A stretch of 64,000 bases of DNA from an uncultured Candidatus Binatia bacterium (GTDB taxonomy: Bacteria; Desulfobacterota; Binatia; Bin18), in contig OZ243961.1 of NCBI GenBank assembly GCA_965214605.1, positions 672,001-736,000 on the forward strand, written 5' to 3'. Under the pieces are notes generated by a model, which saw nothing but the letters and a program-made list of their open reading frames with translations, ran no database searches and was not told the DNA's origin. Position numbers and translations under genes: made by a program. Positions 48,857 to 59,813 of the stretch are shown one piece after another. Within the stretch, counting starts at the first letter, position 1. Each line of letters opens with the position of its first letter.

Positions 48857-49606
48857 CTAGCCAAACAAGACAGGGTCTAACTCGGGGATGGCTCTGACCG
48901 TATAGTCCGGCGTCGGGATACCCTGGGGGAGGGCCACACCCGTGGCATTGACCCAGGCACTATCAAGCCCTGCCCGCTTGGCTCCCATGACATCGTCGTG
49001 CGGAGAGTCTCCCACAAACAGGGCATCCTGAGCTGCGATCTGGAGCAGCTCCAGGGTATCGCTGAAGATCTTGGGGTGGGGTTTGCGCCAGCCATGATCG
49101 TCCGAAATGACAATCTGGCGAAAGTAAGGAGCAGCTCCATCTCGGTCAACGATCAACCGAGCGGTTGGTCCATGGTCAAAATTTGAGACTAGGGCAACCG
49201 AATAGGCCGCGTGCACGCGTTGGAGAAACTGAATATGGGCGGCCGGAATTTCTGTCGCTTGAGCCAACAGCCCCATATGGGTCAGCGACAGTTCTTGGGC
49301 GAGCCGTTGGGTCGCCTCACCAACCGGATAGCCCACTCGGACTAGGGCGGACTCAAAACGCCGCATAGACGGGATCTCGCGCATGTCACGGGCTCGCCGC
49401 TCGGCAAATTCTTGATTGACCTCGGACAGAGCGGTAAAAAATTGCTCAAAAGGAGCCGCCGTCACTCTTGCCTCAACTACCGCTTGCAGCTCGCCCATCG
49501 TCGACCGAGCGGTGTGTCCTTTCCAGGCGAACAGAGGCAGACGCTCGGCCTGAAAGAGGGCAACGGTGCTAAACAGGTCAAACAGGACGGCTCGATACGG
49601 CTTCAT
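48857..49606 (-). CDS. HAD family hydrolase
   Basis: LFDLFST, VSNFD, KPHPKIF, FVGDS..DVMGA. Confidence 0.88.
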   Translation of the reverse strand: MKPYRAVLFDLFSTVALFQAERLPLFAWKGHTARSTMGELQAVVEARVTAAPFEQFFTALSEVNQEFAERRARDMREIPSMRRFESALVRVGYPVGEATQRLAQELSLTHMGLLAQATEIPAAHIQFLQRVHAAYSVALVSNFDHGPTARLIVDRDGAAPYFRQIVISDDHGWRKPHPKIFSDTLELLQIAAQDALFVGDSPHDDVMGAKRAGLDSAWVNATGVALPQGIPTPDYTVRAIPELDPVLFG

Positions 49607-49639
49607 CCATAAACTCCCGATACCAGCTCCTGAGACCGA

Positions 49640-50069
49640 TTAGTGTGGATAGTGCGGTTTGCTAGCCCCCCCACCAATGGGACGGCAACCAGAGAACCCC
49701 TCGGACTGACGATGAAAGTAGGTAATCTCTTTTTCGCCATACTGTCAGCACAGATAGATCTCTTCCTCATCCACTCGGGCCGGAAAATCGACCAGCCCCA
49801 ACGCAAGATCCCTCAACAGACAGCCGTGCTGCTCAATGTCCTGGACAGCCTGGACCATATCTTCAAAAAGCGGGGCAAGTACGGGTCGCAGACGGAGTAG
49901 TTCAGAGGGCGTCAAGTCAGGAAGTGTCTCTTCCCGGCGTTCATAATAATAGCCCGCCAATCTCCTCCCGGATCTGAATGCCGATACGCTGCATCCGCTC
50001 CAGCATAAGCTCGATGTGCGGTAACAAGATGTTTGCTTCTTCAAGACTGAACAGTCGGTCGTGTTTCAT
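49640..50069 (-). pseudogene. DUF2203 family gene with a frameshift and an in-frame TGA
   Basis: MKHDRLFSLEEANILLP.. breaks frame near 49945; continues ..LRDLALGLVDFP..IYLC*(TGA 49745)QYGEKEITYFH..EGFSGCRPI. Confidence 0.8.
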
Positions 50070-50111
50070 AACAATGTTCTCAGACAGGCGGAGCATATGC
50101 TTGTATCCAGT

Positions 50112-50153
50112 CTTTCCCCCTTGTGCAAGTGGTTACTTTCCCCCTTGTGCAAG
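50112..50153. repeat. 18-bp direct repeat CTTTCCCCCTTGTGCAAG x2 upstream of lon
   Basis: Copies at 50112-50129 and 50136-50153; each contains the palindrome CTTG-TG-CAAG. Confidence 0.8.
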
Positions 50154-50219
50154 CAGAGACCATGTACTATGGTTTTTGTTAGGGTGTAACATCCCAGCCT
50201 ATAATTTGGAGGAGGCCTC

Positions 50220-52670
50220 ATGGCAGACATTAGGGTCCGTGCTGGCGAGGACGAAGAGGCTCAAGGACATGGAGTCGTCAGCTTTGAAGAAGATCCTGGG
50301 GATATTGTTGTCCCGACCGAACTCCCAATTCTTCCCCTACGCGGGGTGGTCGTTTTTCCCTCCGCAGTTGTTCCCCTGTTGATCTCACGGGGATCCTCTC
50401 TTCAACTGGTTGAAGATTGTCGCAACAACGACAACCTCCTCGGCTTAGCCGCTCAAAAAAACCCCGAAGACGAGAATCCCGATCCCACCGCCCTGTTTTC
50501 GCGCGGCAGTGCCGGACGGATTCTGAAAATGCTCAAATACCCCGACGGCAGTGTTCGCATTCTCGTCCAGGGGCTGAAACGTATTGAAATCCGGAACTAT
50601 CTGCAACATGAGCCGTATCTGCGGGCCAGCGTGGCTCATCTACAAGACGTCGTCCAGCCGGCTTCTGAGGATCTTGACGCGCGTCAAGCGCACCTAGTCA
50701 GCCAGTTTACGAAGTTTGTGTCCCAAGTCCCCTATCTGCCGGACGAATTGCAGGGTGTGGTCATGAACATCAAAGATCCGGGCCGGGTCGCCGACCTAAT
50801 TGGCTCGAATCTCAACATCTCGGTCGAAGAAAAGCAGGATCTGCTCAACACGCTCGACGTCAAGGAGCGTCTGGAAAAACTGTCAGCTATTTTGAGTCGG
50901 GAGGGCGAGTTGGTTGAACTCGGCCATAAGATTCAGTCCCAGGTCCAGAGCGAGCTGAACAAAAACCAGAAAGAGTTTTATCTTCGTCAACAGATGCGGG
51001 CGATCCAAAAAGAACTCGGCGAGGGAGACGCCAAAAGTAACGAGATAGAGGATCTGCGCAAGAAGATCGAAGAGGCCAGTATGCCGGAGGAGGCTCGCAA
51101 AGCCGCAGATAACGAGCTCGAACGGCTGCGCATCATTCCTCCCGAGTCGGCCGAACACTCGATGGTCCGGACCTATCTCGAATGGCTGGTCGATCTGCCC
51201 TGGGCAGTGACGACAGACGACAATCTGGACATGGTCCATGCCCGCCAAGTGCTGGACGAGGATCACTACGATCTGGAAAAGATTAAGGATCGTATTCTTG
51301 AATACCTGGCTGTCCGCAAGTTACGCCAAGATCCCAAAGGACCGATCTTGTGTTTTGTCGGCCCTCCGGGCGTCGGGAAAACGTCGCTGGGGCGCTCAAT
51401 CGCCCGGGCCATGGATCGGAAGTTTGTACGTCTGTCGCTGGGAGGCGTGCGCGACGAGGCCGAAATTCGGGGCCATCGCCGGACCTATATTGGCTCCCTG
51501 CCGGGTCGGATTATTCAGTCGTTACGGACCGCCGGGTCTAACAATCCGCTGTTCATGCTCGACGAGATTGATAAGCTAGGCATGGATTTTCGAGGTGACC
51601 CGGCCTCGGCCCTGCTTGAAGTGCTCGATCCAGAACAGAATTTTTCGTTTGCCGACCACTATCTCGAGGTGGCTTTTGACCTCTCCAAGGTCATGTTCAT
51701 TACCACTGCCAACTATCTTGAGCCAGTGCCGCCAGCCCTGCGTGACCGTATGGAGGTCATTGAGTTAGCCGGCTACACGGAGGAAGAGAAGCTAGAGATC
51801 GCCAAACGCCATTTAATGCCCAAGCAGATCACCGAAAACGGCCTGACAAACGACCTCATTGAGTTTACCGACGAAGCACTCCTCAAAATCTCCAGGAGTT
51901 ACACCCACGAAGCGGGCGTGCGGAACCTGGAGCGTGAGATCGGCAGTGTGTGCCGCAAAATTGCCCGGGCGGTAACAGAGGGACAAACCGAAAAGGCGAC
52001 GCTTTCAGCTGAAAGAGTGACCGCGCTGCTCGGTCCGGAGAAATTCTTTCCCGAGGTTGCCGAACGCACTCAAGATCCAGGAGTTGCCATCGGTTTGGCC
52101 TGGACGCCCAACGGCGGCGATATCCTGTTCATCGAAGCCACCCGCATGACCGGAAAAAAAGGGCTGACCCTCACCGGCCAGCTGGGCGAGATAATGAAAG
52201 AATCGGCCCAAGCCGCCCTGTCCTACATTCGCTCCAAGGCCAACCGCCTGGGCCTGGCCCCAGACTTTTACGAAAACTGCGATCTACATATTCATGTGCC
52301 AGCCGGTGCCATTCCCAAAGACGGCCCCTCAGCGGGGATCACCATGGCCACAGCGCTAGCCTCCTTACTGACCAACAGACCGGTCAACTCCCATATCGCC
52401 ATGACCGGCGAGATCACCTTACGCGGCAAGGTAATGCCTATCGGCGGAGTCAAAGAGAAAATCCTGGCGGCTCGCAGAGCTGGGGTCAAAACGGTTATTC
52501 TGCCCAAGCGGAACGAAAAAGATCTTGAGGACGTGCCTCCCAACGTCCGTGAAGAAATGGAGTTTCGCTTTGTCGACAGTATCGATGAGGTCTTAGACTT
52601 AGCATTGTCCCAGCAGGCTGTTCCGGTTGACACGCAGGAGGCCGGCGTCCAAGCTCCAGCCCCGTCATAA
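50220..52670 (+). CDS. lon: ATP-dependent Lon protease
   Basis: [40 protein letters not shown]. Confidence 0.97.
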   Translation: MADIRVRAGEDEEAQGHGVVSFEEDPGDIVVPTELPILPLRGVVVFPSAVVPLLISRGSSLQLVEDCRNNDNLLGLAAQKNPEDENPDPTALFSRGSAGRILKMLKYPDGSVRILVQGLKRIEIRNYLQHEPYLRASVAHLQDVVQPASEDLDARQAHLVSQFTKFVSQVPYLPDELQGVVMNIKDPGRVADLIGSNLNISVEEKQDLLNTLDVKERLEKLSAILSREGELVELGHKIQSQVQSELNKNQKEFYLRQQMRAIQKELGEGDAKSNEIEDLRKKIEEASMPEEARKAADNELERLRIIPPESAEHSMVRTYLEWLVDLPWAVTTDDNLDMVHARQVLDEDHYDLEKIKDRILEYLAVRKLRQDPKGPILCFVGPPGVGKTSLGRSIARAMDRKFVRLSLGGVRDEAEIRGHRRTYIGSLPGRIIQSLRTAGSNNPLFMLDEIDKLGMDFRGDPASALLEVLDPEQNFSFADHYLEVAFDLSKVMFITTANYLEPVPPALRDRMEVIELAGYTEEEKLEIAKRHLMPKQITENGLTNDLIEFTDEALLKISRSYTHEAGVRNLEREIGSVCRKIARAVTEGQTEKATLSAERVTALLGPEKFFPEVAERTQDPGVAIGLAWTPNGGDILFIEATRMTGKKGLTLTGQLGEIMKESAQAALSYIRSKANRLGLAPDFYENCDLHIHVPAGAIPKDGPSAGITMATALASLLTNRPVNSHIAMTGEITLRGKVMPIGGVKEKILAARRAGVKTVILPKRNEKDLEDVPPNVREEMEFRFVDSIDEVLDLALSQQAVPVDTQEAGVQAPAPS

Positions 52671-52717
52671 CCCGTTGCAGCGGAGCATTGCTCCGCCATT
52701 CTGCCGTATATCGCGTG

Positions 52718-53581
52718 ATGAAACCAGTCAAAAAAGCGGTGATCCCGGCAGCCGGGATCGGGACCCGTCTATTGCCGGTCACCAAAGTGTTGCCCAAAGA
52801 ACTGCTACTCGTTGTTGATCGGCCGGCCGTCCAGTACGTTGTTGAAGAGGCTAGCGCCGCCGGTATTACCCACCTCATCTTTGTGATTAGCCGATCCAAG
52901 CAAAACATCGGACGCTATTTTGCTCCCGCTGAACAGCAGCTCGCCGACCGAGACAAGTACGCCCTGCTCTCCGGTCTCAATGCCTTGCTCAAGCGCATCA
53001 CCGTTAGCTGTGTATACCAGGAGGAGCCACGCGGCTTGGGCCATGCTGTCTTATGCGCCCAAGAGGCCGTTGGAGACGAGCCGTGCATTGTGATTTTGCC
53101 CGACGATTTGGGCCAGGCCGATCCGCCGCTGAGCGCCCAACTGCTTCAGGTCTATGCACGAACGGGCAGAGGAGTGCTGGCCTTAGAGCAGATTCCGCGC
53201 CAAGACATTCATCGTTACGGCGTTATTGCCGGCCACCAAGAAGCGCCCCGAACCTATGCCATTTCAGATCTAGTCGAAAAGCCCGCACCCGGGACCGAAC
53301 CGTCGGATTTAGCTATTATCGGTCGCTACGTGTTGCCTCCCGAGATTTTTCCTATTCTGACTCAAGTGCAGCCCGGAGCGGGCGGAGAAGTCCAGCTGAC
53401 GGACGGTTTACGCGTGCTTCAGCAGCGCCACGGGCTGTACGGCTACGTCTTTACCGGGCGTCGGCACGACGTCGGCACGATCCCGGGCTTGCTTGAAACA
53501 ACAATCCGTTTGGCCTACCACAACCCGAGTCTGCGCGAACGGCTGCGCGAGATCATCACAGAGCTTGTGGATGAGCAGTAG
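52718..53581 (+). CDS. galU: UTP--glucose-1-phosphate uridylyltransferase
   Basis: KAVIPAAGIGTRLLPVTK..PKE, GLGHAV, VEKP, GEVQLTD. Confidence 0.93.
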   Translation: MKPVKKAVIPAAGIGTRLLPVTKVLPKELLLVVDRPAVQYVVEEASAAGITHLIFVISRSKQNIGRYFAPAEQQLADRDKYALLSGLNALLKRITVSCVYQEEPRGLGHAVLCAQEAVGDEPCIVILPDDLGQADPPLSAQLLQVYARTGRGVLALEQIPRQDIHRYGVIAGHQEAPRTYAISDLVEKPAPGTEPSDLAIIGRYVLPPEIFPILTQVQPGAGGEVQLTDGLRVLQQRHGLYGYVFTGRRHDVGTIPGLLETTIRLAYHNPSLRERLREIITELVDEQ

Positions 53582-53603
53582 ACATCACTCGGAGGGATAC
53601 AAC

Positions 53604-54986
53604 GTGCACTATTTCTGGTCGGGGCTCGCTCTTTTGCTCCTCGCTTTATTCCTGTTCTCGCCCCCTGTTTCCGGCCAGATTCCTGATGGCGGCTGGCAGG
53701 TCAGCCAAGACCGGCTGGACAACGGCCTGACAGTCTTACTGCTTGAAGACCATCGAGCACCGGTTGTCACCCTTCAGGTGTGGTATAAGGTCGGCTCCCG
53801 CAATGAACAGCTCGGCCTCACCGGTATCTCGCACCTGCTTGAACACCTCATGTTTCGCGGTACCCCAAAATACGGTGAAGGCGAGTTTTCGCGCTTGATC
53901 AAAGAGCACGGCGGTATCCTCAACGCCTTTACCAGCACTGACCACACCGTTTATTTTGAGCGAATCAGCACCCCCCATCTGGATCTCATCCTTGAACTTG
54001 AAGCCGACCGCATGGCCAATCTGAACCTCAACCAGACCGATCTCGAGGCCGAGCGTCAGATTGTGATGGAAGAACGCCGCTTACGCACCACCGATGATCC
54101 GGCTTCCGCTCTATGGGAACAGGTCAGCGCGACCGCATACACGGCCCATCCCTACGCCTGGCCGATCATCGGCTGGCAACGTGATCTGGAGTCCATCAGC
54201 TTGGCCCAAGTCAAGCGCCATCGACAGACCTATTATACTCCCGGCAACGCCATCCTCATCATTGCCGGAGATATCAGCCGCCAGACCGTTCTGCCTAAAA
54301 TCAAAGCGACCTTTGGCACTATCCCAGCCGGACCACCAGCCCCTCCGGTCACCGCGCTTGAGCCGCCGCAGCGCGGCGAGCGGCGAGTCACATTCAAACG
54401 CCCGGCGGCCCTTCCTCTATACATTGCCGCCTATCAGGTGCCGAACATCCGCGGCCAGGACAGCCCAGCCCTCTCTGTCCTGGCCGTTATTCTGGGGAGC
54501 GGGCAGAGTGCACGCTTACAGAAAACCCTCGTTGAAGAACACGGCTTGGTCCTCAGCGCTAACGCCGGTTACAACGAAACGGCCCAAGACGCCCCCCTAT
54601 TCACCCTGTCAATGCGAATCGCTCCAGGCAAAACCTGGCAGGCAGCAGAGACGGCGCTGTTCGACCAGATCGAGCAGCTCAAAACGCAGGCGGTTACCGA
54701 CAGAGAACTCGAACGGGCCAAGAACCTGCTCGAATCGCATTTCATCTATGGACAGGACTCGTTGTTTTACCGGGCGATGCAGCTTGGACAGTACGCATCG
54801 CTGGGCGATTGGCAGCTCGTGCAACGTGTGGTGCCAAATCTGCGTGCCGTCACCTCCTCAGAGGTCCAACTGGCCACCCAAACGTATTTGCGAGAAGACA
54901 ACCGTACCGTCGGGGTGTTGATTCCCGAGGGTCAACCCATACACGAGCGACCCAGCGGCAGCCTAGGCGGCCGGATCGTCCATTAG
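53604..54986 (+). CDS. Exported M16B peptidase, catalytic subunit
   Basis: Signal peptide, HLLEHLMFRGT, NAFTS, EERRLR, HPYAWP; GTG 53604 after GGAGG. Confidence 0.9.
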   Translation: MHYFWSGLALLLLALFLFSPPVSGQIPDGGWQVSQDRLDNGLTVLLLEDHRAPVVTLQVWYKVGSRNEQLGLTGISHLLEHLMFRGTPKYGEGEFSRLIKEHGGILNAFTSTDHTVYFERISTPHLDLILELEADRMANLNLNQTDLEAERQIVMEERRLRTTDDPASALWEQVSATAYTAHPYAWPIIGWQRDLESISLAQVKRHRQTYYTPGNAILIIAGDISRQTVLPKIKATFGTIPAGPPAPPVTALEPPQRGERRVTFKRPAALPLYIAAYQVPNIRGQDSPALSVLAVILGSGQSARLQKTLVEEHGLVLSANAGYNETAQDAPLFTLSMRIAPGKTWQAAETALFDQIEQLKTQAVTDRELERAKNLLESHFIYGQDSLFYRAMQLGQYASLGDWQLVQRVVPNLRAVTSSEVQLATQTYLREDNRTVGVLIPEGQPIHERPSGSLGGRIVH

Positions 54987-54995
54987 GAGTCTGGA

Positions 54996-56396
54996 GTGAG
55001 GGAGACAAAAAAGCGTTTTTCCGCCCTGTTGGGCGGCCTGGGCATCTTGGGACTGCTGCTCGGGTCGGCCGAGGCTGCCCCAATTGCTGCCCGGACCGTT
55101 CTGGACAATGGAGCCATCCTCCTAGTCGCCGAACGTCCGGGCGTGCCGATGGTAGTGATGAACATCATGCTCAAAACCGGCTCAACCGCCGATCCGATCG
55201 GCAAAGCCGGTGTCGCCAATCTGACCGCACAGTTGGTAACGCGTGGCACCCAGCAGTATAGCGCCCAGGCGCTGGCCGAAGCGTTCGATTTTCTGGGTAC
55301 CTCGGTGTCCGTTTCGGCGGGCTACGAAACAACGACCGTGTCCGTGACCAGCCTCACGAAGAATCTTGAGCCGTCTTTAGGGCTGCTAGCCGAGGTACTA
55401 ATCCATCCGACCTTTCCGTCTGAGGAATTTGAGCGCGAGCGGACGGAGGTTCTCGGCACTATCCGCAGCCAGGAAGAAAACCCGAGCTGGGTTGCCGACA
55501 AAGCATTTCGAGAGAAACTGTACGCCGATCATCCGTTTGGACGCCTGATCGACGGCGAGCCAACGACGCTGGCTCGCCTCACACCGGCCGATATCACCAG
55601 CTTCTACCACACCTATTATCGACCGAATAACGCGATCATCGGGATTGCCGGTGACCTATCACAAGCGCAAACACAAGAACTCTTGACCCGGTCCCTAGGC
55701 GCTTGGCAGTCTGCTCCCGTCCCCCCGGTCGATTGGCCGGCTGATCCCGGTCCTGTTGCCGGCCAGGTCCTCATCGACAGACCGCTCAGTCAGGCCAATA
55801 TCATCCTTGGTCACCCTGGCGTGGCACGCCACAATCCGGATATCTACGCCATCCGGGTTATGAACCATATCCTTGGTAGGGGTGGCTTTGGCTCACGCCT
55901 GGTCGACCGTATTCGCGAGGAGCTGGGCCTGGTCTACAGCGTGACCAGCCATTTCAGCAGCCACAAACACGCTGGCCCCTTTCGGATCCTCCTGCAAACC
56001 AAAAACGCCAGCGCTCAACAGACCATTGAGGAGACGATCGGCATGATGCGGCGTTACGTCGAGGAAGGGGCGACCGCCACAGAACTCGACGCGGCCAAGG
56101 CGTATTTGGTCAACAGCTATCCGCTGGGGTTGGTCTCCAACCGACAGATTGCCGGTCTACTGCCCGCCCTCGAATTCTACGAGCTGGGCCTCGACTATCC
56201 CGATCGCTATCCGGACATTATTCAGGCTCTGAACCTGGACCAGATCAAGGCCGCAGCCAAGAAGTACCTCCACCCCGATATGCTCTTACAAGTGGTCGTG
56301 GCCAACCTGGAACAGGCTCGGCTGACCCCGACAGACACTAAGCCTCCGGCGGAAGCTGCCGTCGAGCCGGCCCGGTCCCACGAACACCAATCCTAG
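54996..56396 (+). CDS. Exported M16B peptidase, non-catalytic partner subunit
   Basis: Signal peptide, LDNG, GVANLT (no HxxEH), SRLVDRIREELGLVY. Confidence 0.88.
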   Translation: MRETKKRFSALLGGLGILGLLLGSAEAAPIAARTVLDNGAILLVAERPGVPMVVMNIMLKTGSTADPIGKAGVANLTAQLVTRGTQQYSAQALAEAFDFLGTSVSVSAGYETTTVSVTSLTKNLEPSLGLLAEVLIHPTFPSEEFERERTEVLGTIRSQEENPSWVADKAFREKLYADHPFGRLIDGEPTTLARLTPADITSFYHTYYRPNNAIIGIAGDLSQAQTQELLTRSLGAWQSAPVPPVDWPADPGPVAGQVLIDRPLSQANIILGHPGVARHNPDIYAIRVMNHILGRGGFGSRLVDRIREELGLVYSVTSHFSSHKHAGPFRILLQTKNASAQQTIEETIGMMRRYVEEGATATELDAAKAYLVNSYPLGLVSNRQIAGLLPALEFYELGLDYPDRYPDIIQALNLDQIKAAAKKYLHPDMLLQVVVANLEQARLTPTDTKPPAEAAVEPARSHEHQS

Positions 56397-56419
56397 CCGT
56401 CCCCGGCCGTACTCCGACT

Positions 56420-57412
56420 ATGTTGCCAATTGGGAAACTACCAGTTGAGCTGCTCAAGACCTGCCTCGGCCACCGAGGCGTGGCAGACCCGCGGGTTGTC
56501 ATCGGCCCCCGCTTTGGCGAGGACTGTGCAGTTATTGATATCGGCGAACAGTATCTGCTGGTCAAAACCGATCCGGTCACCTTTACTGCCAAACATATCG
56601 GCTGGTACGCTGTTCATATCAACGCCAACGATATTGCCACCATGGGAGGCCGGCCACAGTGGTTTCAGGCCTGTCTGCTGTTTCCCCCGGACACCAGCCG
56701 GGAGACAGTTCAAGACGTGTTTCGCCAAATAGACGAAACCTGCCGGAGCCTTGGGGTGACTGTCAGCGGTGGTCACACCGAAGTGACCCAGGCGGTCAGT
56801 CAACCGGTTGTGGTCGGCACCATGTACGGAGTGGTTGACAAGGCCGGACTGATCACCTCAGCCGGAGCCCGACCGGACGACCTCATCGTCATGACCAAGA
56901 CGGCCGGCCTGGAAGGGACGAGCATTTTGATTGCGGAAAAAGCTGCAGAACTCCGCGCCCAGCTTGGAACGGCGCGCTGGCAGGAAGCCTTCCGCCTGGC
57001 TCAGACGCTTGGTATTTCTATTATCACCGAAGCCGCTCTGGCCGCCCAGCATAGGGCCAGCGCCATGCACGATCCGACCGAAGGTGGCATAACCATGGCG
57101 CTGTACGAGTTGGCCTCGGCTTCGGACCACGGCCTGCGGATTGAGCTTGACGCGATTCCGGTTTTGCCGCTGACGCGGGACATTTGTGACTCCTTTCAGA
57201 TCAATCCACTGGGCCTCCTGAGTTCCGGGACCCTCCTGTTGACGATTTCGCCCCGGCGTTGGCCGGCACTCCGGGCCAGTCTTGAGGCCGAGGGCATAGC
57301 CGCCCAGGTGATCGGCTCGGTACAGGCTGCTCCTGGCATAGTCGCATTTGCCAAGGGAAAGCCGACGAACTTCGTCTGCAGTGAAACCGATGAGTTGGCG
57401 AAGGTGCTCTAA
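56420..57412 (+). CDS. AIR synthase-related (PurM/HypE superfamily) protein
   Basis: GEDCAV, KTDP, NANDIATMG, GGHTEVT, MHDPTEGG. Confidence 0.85.
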   Translation: MLPIGKLPVELLKTCLGHRGVADPRVVIGPRFGEDCAVIDIGEQYLLVKTDPVTFTAKHIGWYAVHINANDIATMGGRPQWFQACLLFPPDTSRETVQDVFRQIDETCRSLGVTVSGGHTEVTQAVSQPVVVGTMYGVVDKAGLITSAGARPDDLIVMTKTAGLEGTSILIAEKAAELRAQLGTARWQEAFRLAQTLGISIITEAALAAQHRASAMHDPTEGGITMALYELASASDHGLRIELDAIPVLPLTRDICDSFQINPLGLLSSGTLLLTISPRRWPALRASLEAEGIAAQVIGSVQAAPGIVAFAKGKPTNFVCSETDELAKVL

Positions 57413-57544
57413 AAAGGCGGAGCAAATGCTGCCATCCGTAGGCGACACGATCAAGCTTTCGACCTTGGCCATCGTAGTATGGAAGCTAGTGGAATAACAA
57501 TTTTCGGAGTCCACGTTATTGTCATCCGGGCTCACGGTTTCGGG

Positions 57545-57610
57545 CTATAGTCGGGTATCTTGAACATATTTGATCTTCATGAGCCATATCACCGATCGAA
57601 AAAGGATAAT
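57545..57610 (-). pseudogene. Possible remnant of a DUF2283 gene plus the end of its upstream partner
   Basis: MKIKYVQDT* at 57580 resembles the DUF2283 N-terminus (MKIKYFxDTDT); preceded by ..SFFDR*. Confidence 0.3.
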
Positions 57611-57739
57611 CGCATCGGAGTGCCGAAATGGGAAGATTCGGTCGCTTGCTTTTTCTCACTACCTGGTGACGGCTTACGATCAGGGCTTATAGTGTTTACA
57701 CCTTGCTGAGGCTCGTACTGGGCCGCTGGAGTCATACGC

Positions 57740-59245
57740 GTGGAACATTTCGATATTTTGATTGTGGGGGCCGGGCTGTCCGGGATTGCTGCCGGCTATC
57801 ATCTGCAGACGAGTTGTCCGGGCCGGACCTACGCCATTCTTGAGCGGCGCGACACAATCGGGGGCACCTGGGATCTCTTCCGCTATCCAGGCATTCGCTC
57901 GGACTCGGACATGTACACGCTGGGCTACTCGTTCCGCCCCTGGAACGATCCACAGGCCATTGCCGACGGACCGGCGATCTTGCGCTATGTGAATGAGACG
58001 GCCGCGGAATACGGCATCACGAGCAAGATTCGCTTTGGCCACCACGTCAAGCGGGCATCGTGGTCAACGGCCGAGGCATCCTGGACTGTAGAGACGGAGC
58101 GGACCGACACAGGCAAACCCTGCCGTTTCACCTGCAACTTCCTCTTCATGTGCAGTGGCTACTATAACTACGACCAAGGCTATACACCGGAGTTTAGCGG
58201 AACCGACAAATTCCGAGGGCAAATCGTCCATCCGCAGCAATGGACTGAAGACGTCGCATACGCGAACAAACGCGTAGTGGTGATTGGCAGCGGCGCGACC
58301 GCCGTGACTCTGGTGCCCGAAATGGCCAAGACAGCGGCACACGTCACCATGCTCCAACGTTCGCCGACCTACATTATCGCCATACCGTCAGAGGAGCATC
58401 TGGCGAACCTCCTCCGGCGTTTTCTGCCCAACAGCCTCGTTTACAGCCTAATCCGCTGGAGGAACGTGCTCCTGGTAACCTGCTTCTTCTGGTTCTGTCG
58501 GCGTTACCCAAAGCGGGCCAAGACGTTCATTCTCAATCGCGTCCGAGCTGCGCTCGGCCCTGACTACGACGTTGAACAGCATTTCAGACCGCACTACAAC
58601 CCCTGGCAGCAGCGCTTGTGTCTGGCACCGGACAACGATTTCTTTGAGGCACTCAAGACCGGACAGGCTTCGGTTGTCACCGACCACATCGAGAGCTTCA
58701 CTGAGCTGGGTATTCGGCTGCGCTCAGGCGAAGAGATTGAGGCCGATCTCATCGTGACAGCGACAGGCCTCAATCTTCAGCTGCTCGGCGGTCTTGACGT
58801 GACGGTCGATGGTGAGCGGATCGATTTCTCAAAGACCCTGACCTACAAAGGCATGCTGTTCGGCAATGTCCCGAATATGGCTCTCGCGAGCGGCTACACA
58901 AACGCGTCCTGGACCCTGAAATGCGACCTCACCTGCAAGTACGTTTGTCGTCTCCTTAACCACATGTGGGCGAAAGGCTACGACCAGTGCTGTCCGCGTC
59001 CCTACGACCCGGATATTGAGCTGGAGCCTCTGCTGGATTTCACTTCGAGCTATATCCAGCGCTCGATTGACGCCTTTCCCAAGCAGGCCCAAGCAAGGCC
59101 CTGGAGAGCATATCAGAACTACATACTCGATATCTGGTCAGTGGCCTACGGTTCGCTTGAAGACGATGTGCTGGAGTTCACCCGGCGACCGGCAGTACCA
59201 CACCAGGTTTCCGCCACGGATATGCCGGCGCAGGTAGCCGACTGA
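57740..59245 (+). CDS. Flavin-containing Baeyer-Villiger-type monooxygenase (EthA/AlmA-like)
   Basis: GAGLSG, GGTWDLFRYPGIRSDSD, FRGQIVHPQQW fingerprint, GSGATA, GYTNASWTL. Confidence 0.92.
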   Translation: MEHFDILIVGAGLSGIAAGYHLQTSCPGRTYAILERRDTIGGTWDLFRYPGIRSDSDMYTLGYSFRPWNDPQAIADGPAILRYVNETAAEYGITSKIRFGHHVKRASWSTAEASWTVETERTDTGKPCRFTCNFLFMCSGYYNYDQGYTPEFSGTDKFRGQIVHPQQWTEDVAYANKRVVVIGSGATAVTLVPEMAKTAAHVTMLQRSPTYIIAIPSEEHLANLLRRFLPNSLVYSLIRWRNVLLVTCFFWFCRRYPKRAKTFILNRVRAALGPDYDVEQHFRPHYNPWQQRLCLAPDNDFFEALKTGQASVVTDHIESFTELGIRLRSGEEIEADLIVTATGLNLQLLGGLDVTVDGERIDFSKTLTYKGMLFGNVPNMALASGYTNASWTLKCDLTCKYVCRLLNHMWAKGYDQCCPRPYDPDIELEPLLDFTSSYIQRSIDAFPKQAQARPWRAYQNYILDIWSVAYGSLEDDVLEFTRRPAVPHQVSATDMPAQVAD

Positions 59246-59329
59246 GACATCCATTCTCCATAGGCAGACCCCACACGCTGTGTCGCCCTGTGAACGCTTG
59301 GGCATAAGCCAGGGATGTCGGCTTGGGGG

Positions 59330-59635
59330 CCACTCATTTTCGAGGCCCTTAATTGTAGCCAACTCAAGAATCGTCCGGCCTTCCTCTTGGCTGAGACTCC
59401 GTTTCTCGACCAGTTCCCCAATGCCCAAAGCACTTGTCGTTTTCACCCAGCACTTTTCAGCGGAGACATTCCTATTTGAAGATGTGACTCGGAAATACGT
59501 CTTTGTCATCATCCTATATCATGCGACACAGAAGCATTTGCCCACTTCTGTCGGTCTGAGTTCATGTCTGCCCTCCTTGAATCCAAGCAGCCTTTAATGA
59601 ACCGTTCTTGCCGACGCTGGTAAATCCCCATTCAA
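59330..59635 (-). pseudogene. Decayed type II TA module (Gp49/RelE-like toxin fragment plus XRE/HigA-like antitoxin)
   Basis: VTSSNRNVSA..KTTSALGIGELVEKRSLSQEEGRTILEL resembles the HTH_37 pattern SSGNVFAD..KA.LA..I..R.LTQ.EAA.ILG; upstream GDLPASA fragment. Confidence 0.45.
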
Positions 59636-59813
59636 GTTTTCACCGGCCCACTATTTGAACTTATCCCATATCTGCGCACGTCGCCGAATCCGGAATGCTG
59701 AGATGATAGGCAAGGATTAATCCAAAGAATACCACTACACTGCCCAGATCGGTACCAATAGAGGGCTGGAACTTCGTAATATGACCCTCTTTCGGCTATT
59801 CGTCCTTGCTCTT

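Noticed and set aside
49745-49747. In-frame TGA as selenocysteine or Trp recoding
   Set aside because: The position is a conserved Trp, the same gene also has a frameshift, and TGA is used as a stop throughout the window.
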